From positions 6,572,001-6,636,000 of the forward strand of contig OZ024761.1 of NCBI GenBank assembly GCA_964016885.1: a stretch of 64,000 nt of DNA. Direction: 5' to 3'. Both the position numbers and the translations under genes were made by a program. Source of the DNA: Eledone cirrhosa. Its lineage: Eukaryota. The notes below the pieces were generated by a model, which saw only the letters and a program-made list of their open reading frames with translations, was not told where the DNA came from and made no database searches. How positions within the stretch are numbered: the stretch's first letter is position 1; each line of letters begins with the position of its first letter. Shown piece after piece: positions 37,482 to 53,982 of this stretch.

Positions 37482-37849
37482 CACGTGTGCAGGAGATACT
37501 ATAATAATTTGACAGAAAAACAGAGAGCATAAATCAATATACATACTAATACATACATATATATATATATTTGTGTGTATATATTATATGTATGTATATA
37601 TATATATATTTGTGTGTATATATATATATATATGTGTGTGTATATATTTATGTATATACACACACATATATATATGTCTATATATATGTAATTATATATG
37701 TGTATATATATATATATATTTCTACACATGCACACACGCATATATATGCCAAGTATATATATATATGCCAAGTGTATATATATATTTATATATACCAAGT
37801 TTATATTTATATATATATATACCAAGTATATATTTATATATATATATAT

Positions 37850-38040
37850 AGGAACAAGTATGACCCCGACGGCAGAGCTGAAGCCGTTTCGACGGCTATT
37901 TAGTCCAGAAATAGCCATTGAAACGGCTTGAGCTCTGCCGTCGGAGTCATACTTGTTCCTATTACCCACTCTACTACCCTAAGTATTGAGTACTTTGGTA
38001 CGTTATGGTCCATCTGGTTCCTTCCCACAATTCCTTCGTT
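37850..38040. mobile_element. Family A fold-back element
   Basis: Same architecture as 17698-17900. Confidence 0.85.
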
Positions 38041-38059
38041 ATATATATATATATATATA

Positions 38060-38574
38060 TAGTTAAAAGAATAGAGGTGTAACACACAAGTTATTATATA
38101 TTGGTAAACGGAATAGAAAATGCTGACAAATTGTTCACAGTTGAAAAATGGTTTAATTAGGAATAAAAGAGTATTAGTGATTAACATAAAAACAGTCTTG
38201 GCGCAAAATCAATTTTTTACATTCACATGACCTCTACCGACCAATCAAAATTGTTTTGACCACAAGAATTTTTGCAACACCAAAGTAATGCTGGAGCCAC
38301 TTTTTTAACATAAAAACAGGTAGAATTCCCAAAACTAATCAGATCTGAGCAAACAGCACGGACACTCTATCTCAAAATTATTTTTGAAAAGCATTTAGAA
38401 ATGCGCAACCGGTAAAAACTTAAAAACTTAAAACCACAACTGAATACTAACCCATACAATCACTAATACTCTTTTATTCCTAATTAAACCATTTTTCAAC
38501 TGTGAACAATTTGTCAGCATTTTCTATTCCGTTTACCAATATATAATAACTTGTGTGTTACACCTCTATTCTTT

Positions 38575-38580
<6 letters not shown>
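38060..38580. mobile_element. Element with ~123-bp perfect terminal inverted repeats in (TA)n; degenerate U3:A8 hammerhead inside
   Basis: 38060-38182 is the reverse complement of 38458-38580. ttt TTGAAAA gcatt-taga-aatgc GCAA ccgg TA aaa at 38381-38417. Confidence 0.8.
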
Positions 38581-38603
<23 letters not shown>

Positions 38604-38606
<3 letters not shown>

Positions 38607-39124
38607 CTTGGCATGGCAATAGAGTCTTTAGAACAACCCTCTAAATGAAAATGCACAACATATTGAAACTAAAATTGGTTTACTTTGCAAAACATAATCT
38701 CCATTGAATGCAATAACATCTTTACAGTGTTTTTGCAAAGCATTAAACTCTGGAACCATTCCTTCGGCAATTGTCTAAACCAGTGTAACGATTCATCTAC
38801 CAACTCTTCTAATGAAGAGAAAACAAATTTTCGAAGATGTTGCTTTAATAACTTGAACACCCAACAATCGTAAGTCTGGACTATAAGGTGATTGTTTGAT
38901 CATTGCCACTCTTCCCGACTGGAAAAAATCTTTTGTGGATTGATTAGTTTGATATGGGGATTATAAACTCACAAGAATGACAGCAAAGGCCTGTGACAAA
39001 ATAGAGCATTCATACAAAATATCACATACGTACAACAAAGTTGAAATAGCAACTAATATTAACTACATTTACTGTTATATACGGTACACAGCCTACTATT
39101 CTAAAGACTTTATTGCCATGCCAA

Positions 39125-39127
<3 letters not shown>
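38604..39127 (-). mobile_element. Mariner transposase C-terminal relic bracketed by ~30-bp inverted repeats
   Basis: Minus strand reads SPYSPDL followed (frameshifted) by FKLLKQHLR..FSSLEEL....WF..LPKEWF; ends acttggcatggcaata.agtctttagaa / ttctaaagact.tattgccatgccaagt. Confidence 0.7.
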
Positions 39128-39163
<36 letters not shown>

Positions 39164-39191
39164 TGTTTTACTTTTGGAGGGTCATATATGT

Positions 39192-39226
<35 letters not shown>

Positions 39227-39235
39227 TTTTATATA

Positions 39236-39267
<32 letters not shown>

Positions 39268-39268
39268 C

Positions 39269-39307
<39 letters not shown>

Positions 39308-39659
39308 ATGTGCATAAATATATGTGAATATATGTATGTGTAAGTAAAAAGGGGCATATATATACATGCATATATATATCTATATATCTATATATATATA
39401 TGTATATATATATATATGTATACCCACCAACTACAAACTATTTCACAATGCATTCCCTCACTTATATGTTTAGCACTACACCACGTGTCTCTGCATATAC
39501 ATATATGTATATACATATATGTATATATATATGTATATATATGTATATATATATATATATACATACATATAGTAATAATAATAAATGTGAAGACTAAAAT
39601 CCAAAGAGGGCTCGATAAGGATAAATATATATCAAATATATAAGAACCCTAGAGCAAAT

Positions 39660-39780
39660 TTTTAATAAAATAACAGATTAAAGTTTAAGCAAAGAATCGC
39701 TGCTTTCACCCTTAAGAAGATCCCGTTAAGGGTGAAAGCAGCGATTCTTTGCTTAAACTTTAATCTGTTATTTTAATAAA
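39660..39780. mobile_element. Family C fold-back element (other copies 26740-26910, 27000-27070, 49455-49610)
   Basis: Arms around gaagatcccg; core ttaagggtGAAAgcagcgattctttgcTTaaact. Confidence 0.8.
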
Positions 39781-39794
39781 TATATATATATATA

Positions 39795-40140
39795 AATGTT
39801 TGAATTTGTAAAGCGAAAACAATGCAGGTATGGACATATAATAAAAAATGCAAATGCAAAAGATATTGTTGATATTGTGTTCTAAATAGCTTGCCAAGTC
39901 ATAACTTGGCAAGCTATTTAGAACACTGGTTTAACCGCTTTACTTCCCTCTGAAGAAGAGATATTATATCGAAAATTAAGGACATTTAAATAAATGTACA
40001 GTAAAAGACTAATTGTCAACAATATCTTTTGCATTTGCATTTTTTATTCTATGTCCATACCTGCATTGTTTTGGCTTTACAAATTCAAACGTTTATACCT
40101 CATTACACAATGCTTCAAGTGAACTATAATTTCCTCCATA
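39795..40140. mobile_element. Double fold-back element with minimal hammerhead (39947-39982, plus)
   Basis: Outer arms ~39795-39872 and 40016-40093; inner palindrome 39877-39926; cct CTGAAGA aga-gata-tta-tatc GAAA at TA agg. Confidence 0.65.
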
Positions 40141-40174
40141 TATATATATATATATATACACATATATATATATA

Positions 40175-45500
<5,326 letters not shown>

Positions 45501-45773
45501 GTACGCACTTATTCCAAATTTTTGAGGTTGTCAGACTTTTTCCTATGTTTTGTATTCTTTTATAACAAAATAAAACAATCCAAAAATTGTTGTTGTTGTT
45601 GTTATTGTCATACAGCTGATTATTATTGTTGTTGTTGTCATACAAGACAAATGAGTGTTGTTGTTGTTGTTATTGTACAATTTATTGAATACACAAAATC
45701 TGAGAATGTTATGAATGGCCATTGACATTATAGAAATTAATTGAGAAGTATCTAATAGAAACGAGACAAACCA

Positions 45774-48695
45774 TTAACCCCTTAGTGTTTAAATTACCCT
45801 ATATATACTATTGTATTTTCACAGTAAAGGCTTTACCTCACATAATATCTCACATAATATTTACATTACTCTATATATACTATTGTATTTTCACAGTAAA
45901 GGCTTTACCTAACATAATATCTCACATAACATTTACATTACTCTATATATACTATTGTATTTTCACAGTAAAGGCTTTACCTCACATAATATCTCACATA
46001 ACATTTACATTACTCTATATATACTATTGTATTTTCACAGTAAAGGCTTTACCTCACATAATATCTCACATAACATTTACATTACTCTATATATACTATT
46101 GTATTTCCACAGTAAAGGCTTTACCTCACATAATATCTCACATAACATTTACATTACTCTATATATACTATTGTATTTTCACAGTAAAGGCTTTACCTCA
46201 CATAATATCTCACATAACATTTACATTACTCTATATATACTATTATATTTTCACAGTAAAGGTTTTACCTCACATAATATCTCACATAACATTTACATTA
46301 CTCTATATATACTATTGTATTTTCACCATAAAGGTTTTACCTCACATAATATCTCACATAACATTTACATTACTCTATATATACTATTGTATTTTCACAG
46401 TAAAGGCTTTACCTCACATAATATCTCACATAACATTTACATTACTCTATATATACTATTGTATTTTCACAGTAAAGGCTTTACCTCACATAATATCTCA
46501 CATAACATTTACATTACTCTATATATACTATTATATTTTCACAGTAAAGGTTTTACCTCACATAATATCTCACATAACATTTACATTACTCTATATATAC
46601 TATTGTATTTTCACCATAAAGGTTTTACCTCACATAATATCTCACATAACATTTACATTACTCTATATATACTATTGTATTTTCAGAGTAAAGGCTTTAC
46701 CTCACATAATATCTCATATAACATTTACATTACTCTATATATACTATTGTATTTTCACTATAAAGGTTTTACCTCACATAATATCTCACATAACATTTAC
46801 ATTACTCTATATATACTATTGTATTTTCACTATAAAGGTTTTACCTCACATAATATCTCACATAACATTTACATTACTCTATATATACTATTGTATTTTC
46901 AGAGTAAAGGCTTTACCTCACATAATATCTCACATAACATTTACATTACTCTATATATACTATTGTATTTTCACCATAAAGGTTTTACCTCACATAATAT
47001 CTCACATAACATTTACATTACTCTATATATACTATTGTATTTTCACCATAAATGTTTTACCTCACATAATACCTCACATAACATTTACATTACTCTATAT
47101 ATACTATTGTATTTTCACCATAAAGGTTTTACCTCACATAATATCACACATAACATTTACATTACTCTATATATACTATTGTATTTTCACCATAAAGGTT
47201 TTACCTCACATAATATCTCACATAACATTTACATTACTCTATATATACTATTGTATTTTCACAGTAAAGGTTTTACCTCACATAATATCTCATATAACAT
47301 TTAACATTACTCTATATATACTATTGTATTTTCACAGTAAAGGTTTTACCTCACATAATATCTCACAAAACATTTACATTACTCTATATATACTATTGTA
47401 TTTTCACCATAAAGGTTTTACCTCACATAATATCTCACATAACATTTACATTACTCTATATATACTATTGTATTTTCACAGTAAAGGCTTTACCTCACAT
47501 AATATCTCACATCACATTTACATTACTCTATATATACTATGGTATTTTCACAGTAAAGGCTTTACCTCACATAATATTTACATTACTCTATATATACTAT
47601 TGTATTTTCAGAGTAAAGGCTTTACCTCACATAATATCTCACTTAACATTTACATTATTCTAATTATACTATTATATTCACAGCAAAGGCTTTACTTCAC
47701 ATAATATCTCATGTAACATTTACATTACTCTATATATACTATTATATTTTCACAGTAAAGGCGTTACCTCACATAATATCTCACATAACATTTACATTAC
47801 TCTCTATTTAATATCGTATTTTCACAGTAAAGGCTTTACCTCACATAATAACTCACATAACCTTTACATTACTCTATATATTCAATTGTATTTTCACAGT
47901 AAATGCTTTACCTCACATAACATTTACATTACTCTATATATACTAGTGTACTTTCACAGTAAAGGCTTTACCTCACATAATATATCACTTAACATTTACA
48001 TTACTCTATATATACTATTGTATTTTCACAGTAAAGGCTTTACCTCACATAATATCTTACATAACATTTACATTACTCTATATATACTATTGTATTTTCA
48101 CAGTAAAGGCTTTACCTCACATAATATTTACATTACTCTATATATACTATTATATTCACAGTAAAGGCTTTACCTCACATAATATCTCACATAACATTTA
48201 CATTACTCTATATTTACCATTGTATTTTCACAGTAAAGGCTTTACCTCACATAAAATTTACATTACTCTAAATGTACTATTGTATTTTCACAGTAAAGGC
48301 TTTACCTCACATAATATCTCACTTAATATTTACATTACTCTATAGATACTATTGTATTGTCACAGTAAAGGCTTCACCTCACATAATATCTCACATAACA
48401 TTTACATTACTCTATATTTACTATTATATTTTCACTGTAAAGAATATATTTTACATAATTATTTCACATAATATTGAATCTATGAAAATTTTGATATTAT
48501 TATTACAGGGTCGATAAAATAAAGTACCAGTAATGCACTGGTTAATTGTTGGCCTTGTGCCTAATGTAGAAACAATTATCAATTTTGAAAACATCACCTT
48601 CACATCAGAATCAACAGCCTGTTACGGCCAGTTTGAACAGAAAGAGGTCAGAGAATTCTGGCCAGATATGGCCGATTTAAAAGCTAAAGGGTTAT
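45774..48695 (+). mobile_element. piggyBac-like MITE with an internally amplified 72-bp satellite (~37 units) and a nested SINE fragment
   Basis: TTAA-ccccttagtgtttaaa at 45774 and tttaaaagctaaaggg-TTAT at 48676-48695; array ~45800-48470; SINE 3' piece 48505-48580. Confidence 0.8.
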
Positions 48696-50120
48696 GCATT
48701 TCAGGGCCAAGAAACTCTACCAGTGTGGTAGAGTTGTTGATTTAAATCACCTTTTTCTCTTCACCCAAATTGCTGGTCCTCTGTCAGAATTAGAAACCAA
48801 AATATAATTACCACAGACTTTGTGGGGTTATTTGTAACAAGACCACATGTTAGAGATTGGCTGCATGATGGCAGATTGTTTTGATCAACACAACACTATA
48901 GTTATCAAAAAAGAGTGAACCACATATCAGAGGCAAATTCTCCAACTATGGTACGACCTCTCTGCTCACACACCTCTACAATCTTACACCAGTGGCACTT
49001 TCTTTTATTTGTTTCTTCGTTTATTATTTCATTAATGAGCTTGAAAAGACATTTGTATATTAGAAGAATGTTCATAATGTTGTAACTGGAAATAATCGAC
49101 AAAAATAAATAAATAAACATTAAAAAAAGATGGCATAGACATACAATACAATGGGAGGAAACATAATAGCACCACTGACGATGTTGCAGATGTGCAACGA
49201 AAGAACTTTGTTTCACTATATATATGTGTTTGTGTCTATATTATATCTGTATTTTTGACCGTTGGTCAATCAATGGTAAGCATTGAGTACCGAATAAATT
49301 AACTAATATAAAAGACACAGAAGCGAAAACCAACCAAACAGTGAGTGTGTTCTGTTATTAATTCTGGCAATATTATTACAACAATATGACCCTCCCCAAG
49401 TATAACAATATATTTATATATATATATATTTTTATATTTATTTATATATATATATTTATTAAAATAACAGATTAACGTTTAAGCAAAGAATCGCTGCTTT
49501 CACCCTTAACTGGAACTTCTGAAGCTAAAAAAAATCAATCTGTGAATGCAGAAGTAAATATTTCGAAAAACGTTGCCACCGAAGGCAGACAGGAAGACAA
49601 TACTTTGGTTCATATATATAAATATATATATACACATATATATATATATAAATATACATATATATACATATATATATATACACACACATATATATATTTC
49701 TATAAATATATACACATATATATATAAATATATATATACACATATATATATATACCCATATATGTATGTATACATACATATATGTATACAGACGTACAGT
49801 AGTATGTATATATATACATACATGCACACATATATATGCACGTATCGGTTTAACGAACATTTATTATAATGCTCGGTTTGTTTGTAAACAAACAGCCCGA
49901 ATTACGCTGTACAGTGTTTAGGCAACCACGTCACCTTTTTGTTCTACACCGACACAGGAACGATGTACTAGTTTCAAGCTTATTAGCTATCGTCAGCATC
50001 GTATACCTTCCTGCCAGATAGTTGAACGTCTGAAAGTATATACTTATGCATATTAACGGCTGAGCAGCCTAATTTGCATATCGAGTGAGTTTAGTCGGCC
50101 GGGCGCACTGACAACGATAA

Positions 50121-50340
50121 ATGGAATAGAATGAAACGAAATTTCATTTCTCACTCTTAGAACGGCACTTACTTAACCGATACGTGCATATATATATGTG
50201 TGCATGTATGTATATATATATACATACTACTGTACGTCTGTATACATATATGTATGTACGTATACATACATACATACTTACATTTAAGTAACTGCCGTAC
50301 TAAGAGTGAGAAATGAAATTTCGCTTCTTTCTATTTCATT
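50121..50340. repeat. Inverted repeat (~55-bp arms) around a TA/TG-rich spacer
   Basis: gaaatttcatttctcactcttag.acggca / tgccgt.ctaagagtgagaaatgaaatttc. Confidence 0.75.
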
Positions 50341-50969
50341 TTTATATATAAAAGAGAGGATGTCTGTCTCTGTGTCTGTTTTCCTAAAACTCGAGAAGTA
50401 CCCAACCGATTTTTTTCAAACTTTACACGTGTATTACTTATGTTTCAGGGAGTGTTATGCACATAAAACAATTCAACTTTTTGATCTCCTAGGGCCCGCA
50501 TTAGGTGAAAAACTGCGTTTTTTAAGCTTTGGGGGGTTTTTTGAGGCGTTACGTCAGACTGCTTTCCTTGAAATTGTAACTATGTATTAGTCAGTCTCTT
50601 CTTCATACTGTGAGCAAAGAAAATACAACTTTTTTATGGCCTAGGGCCCGCATTAGGTGAAAAACTTCCTTTTTTCAGCTTTTTAGGGCTTTTTTGATGC
50701 GTTACGTCTAGCCGATTTTCCCGAAATTTCAAGGCATTATTATGCACATAAAAAAATTCATTTTCTTGATCCCCTAGGGCCCGCATTAGGTGAAAAACTG
50801 CGTTTTTCCTGCTTCATCGAGGAAAACCTTAAAGATTATCCAGCCATCAGAGTATTCGGTTTATTTTCTTTACATATTGTCCAGGCACGCAGTTTTTCCA
50901 CGATTAGGTCTGTTGGCGGCCCGCCTTCCAAAATATCTTATCCCGTGCAACGCCGGGTACCACTGCTAG
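50341..50969 (+). mobile_element. Non-autonomous Helitron
   Basis: 5' tatatataaaagagagg-tgtctgtc...; three internal ctagggcccgcattaggtgaaaaact repeats; 3' hairpin cccg-tgcaacgc-cggg followed by CTAG|T. Confidence 0.8.
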
Positions 50970-51127
50970 TATATATATATAACCCCCACCCCCACCTCAC
51001 TCTCAAGAGCTTGAAACTAATAAACCTTTGTTTGTACTGCCTCTCTGTTTTGTTCCCGTTCCATTTTTCACTATATATATAAATATATTTATACATATAT
51101 ATATATATAAATATATTTATATATAAA

Positions 51128-51188
<61 letters not shown>

Positions 51189-52019
51189 TCATCGTTTAAC
51201 GTCCATTTTCCACGCTAGCATGGGTTAGACGGGAGTTGTCCCACTTGAGGCAAGGTTGGTCGGGTGACCGCGTCTCGCTCATATAGGACTTTAGTGAGAG
51301 TCGCCTCCCTTGTTATGACGTCAAGTCAAAGCATTGCCTGCTAAGGTACAGTTGGACGGCAGCCTCCGAACTGATAACAGCTTCCTAGGGACTCCCATCA
51401 AAGGGCCTAGGGATGGACATGCATTCCGATCCTTTCTTACTGCTGTTTGCTAACATATAGATCCAGGTATACTAACATTTATGCACACACCAATCCATCA
51501 ATAAAACAATTGTTACGTTGAAAAGCTCTGTTGTTTTTACTCTGATACCAATAACTTCCAGTGAATTCAATGGAGTCATAACATATAAAAAATAGAAGAT
51601 ATTCCCATCGGACATTGACTAGCTATCCCTCAATTTTGATGACCCTCTATAACCGATGACCATAGAACTTCTAAAGGACTATCTGGCAGGGTTTTCTATG
51701 GCTGGATGCCCTTCCTAACACCAACCAGATTTACAGTGTGGAACTGGGAACTTTTTGCGTGTTACCTACACGACCATATTACAGCGTGGACTGTGTGTTT
51801 TTTTTTCTCGTGACAACTACACGATCTCGATCTCATTATCTCATTTATTTGGACTGGATGTTGTGGTACCAACTTTACAGAGAGAGGGTGGTGTTGGTGG
51901 GAGTGGGAGGATAGGGTAGGGGTAGTGGATTGGGGTGTATATTTGGTTAAAAGGTGCCTACTGACTAGGTTTCGCTTTATACATAGGCAAAGCGGGTCTT
52001 CTGTATTACTGCGTAGCGC

Positions 52020-52398
52020 CAAAGATCTCGGTCCAGTGACATTGTCTTAGAGAGGTGCAAGTGTGTAAGGTCGGAATTTATCAGATCGTCCCAGGTTTTT
52101 CTGGGTCTACCTACACCGCGTAACTACCATCAAATATGATCGCCCTACACTTTTTTATACAGCTGTCGTCTTTCATGTGCATCACGTGGCCATACCAACG
52201 TAGTCTTCTCTCAGTAAACAGCATCTGATCCCTCTTATTCCTAATTTCTCACTTAGTTCATTTATGCTTTGCCGTTCACGTATATTACTATCCAACGGAG
52301 CATGCATGCTTCGTTCCTTTCCAGTCTGCGCAGGTCCTCTGCACGTAATGCCCATGTCTCACTGCCATGTAGCATTGCTGTTCGTATACAAGCATCTT
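52020..52398 (-). pseudogene. RTE-clade LINE fragment
   Basis: Minus strand: DACIRTAMLHGSETWALRAEDLRRLERNEACML.W...RWYGHVM; homologous to 9397-9859. Confidence 0.8.
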
Positions 52399-52430
<32 letters not shown>

Positions 52431-52601
52431 CAAAAATTAACGATAAAAATCCTAGGAAAACAGAGTCAAGATTAATTAATAAAAACAATGGAATAAAAAT
52501 AAAGAACAGGTTCCTTATATTGAAAAAAATCATCATTTTACGATCGTTTCTGGGATATATATGTGTTGGTATGTATATCATGTTAAAGATCTATGTAAAA
52601 G

Positions 52602-52649
<48 letters not shown>

Positions 52650-52762
52650 TATATATATATACAGGTATACATACTTATCCATACATTTAAACCTATATAA
52701 ATGTATATATAAGCATATACATATATAAAAGCATATATATATATATATATAAATAGTAATAA

Positions 52763-52946
52763 TTGTTTCTACGTTAGGCACAAGGCCAGCAATTACCCAG
52801 TGCATTACTGGTACTTTATTTTATCGACCCCGTAAGGATGAAAGGCAAAGTTAACCTCGGCGGGATTTGAACTCAGATCGTAAAGGGATGTAACTATGCT
52901 GGAAAGCATGGCGTCCGACCCTCTACCGATACTGCCAATCCACCGC
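52763..52946 (-). mobile_element. Full-length tRNA-derived SINE with 13-bp target-site duplication
   Basis: A and B boxes present; aaatagtaataat at 52751 and 52947. Confidence 0.9.
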
Positions 52947-53513
52947 AAATAGTAATAATAAATGTGAAAACTAAAATCCGAAGAGGGCTCGATAAAGATT
53001 TTATGTATATAATATATATATATATAATACCCTAGAGCAAATATTTATTGTAAGAACAGATTAAAGTTTATACATATATGCATATATATGTATATTTATT
53101 CATACATGCATAGATAACAATAGAAAAAGGTCGGACATACAAAACAAAATAAGAAGGACTAGCTAGTAATAACAAGTGTGTATATGAAAACTTCATACAC
53201 GCTTTTTTTTTTATCCAAAATTTGGATTTAAGTCAGAGACGAGTTCTCGTTCGTGGCAAAAATTTTGTTTTTGTTTACATAAAATTTTCTTTTGTTTGAA
53301 AAGTTAGAGGAGGAAAAGAGAAGAAGTTTTTCAATTTTCTCCACTTCCGGTTTTTTCTATTGTATGCTAGAAAGAGCAGTCAAAGCAATATATATATTTC
53401 ATGACAATATATATTGTTTTAAAGCTAAATTATTAACAACAATACATCGTATTTGCCGGTCTATTGGACACCCCTTCTCATAAGGCGCTCCTCTATTTCT
53501 ATTATATTTTACG

Positions 53514-53622
53514 TTACATTTTGTGGTTTATAGGCATTTCTATGGACCACTTCCAATGTTCGCGCTTTTTCAATATACTCGGGTCCTCTAGGACCGTATC
53601 ACGCGCAAATACAGAGGAATAA
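53514..53622 (-). CDS. Putative terminal exon (copy at 60133-60241)
   Basis: atacAG acceptor; phase compatible with the 139-bp exon; YSSVFARDTVLEDPSILKKREHWKWSIEMPINHKM*. Confidence 0.35.
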
Positions 53623-53879
53623 CTGTATATGAATATATGGACTAATATACATTTAATTACACGCAAATTTATATAAATACCAATATATATACACACATAC
53701 ATATATATACACCAACACATCTGTCACTCTATGTATATATGAGTAACCGTTTACTACTCATTGAAGACAGAGTGGGAGATTTAGCTGCTACTTTTAGTAG
53801 ATTTAGAAACTTCGGCAAATGGTTTATTCTTTTTTATTCTCGGTACTCTGAACACGATTTGAAATGACTGGAGTGTGTC

Positions 53880-53982
53880 TATAAAAGGGTAAACTGAAAC
53901 TGTTGCACCGGTAACATTTTTAGTTTTACACCGGTATATCCGAGACATAACCTGTTTCGCATTCGTTCGTTAGAGGTAATGG
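53880..53982 (+). promoter_or_regulatory. TATA box, short leader and splice-donor module (copies 60493, 61060; inverted homologue 58235-58300)
   Basis: TATAAAAG, then ccggt...ttacaccggta, then GAG|GTAATG ~95 bp downstream. Confidence 0.45.

Noticed and set aside
36519-37504. Cys/His repeat ORFs (YNAPDHQKCPPLTGVI)n
   Set aside because: Open in several frames and broken by frame-shifting variant units; best explained as a non-coding minisatellite.
45785-47704. 639-aa and 449-aa repeat ORFs; possible CRISPR-like array
   Set aside because: Pure 72-bp tandem satellite open in two frames, with no unique spacers, no cas genes and a eukaryotic context.
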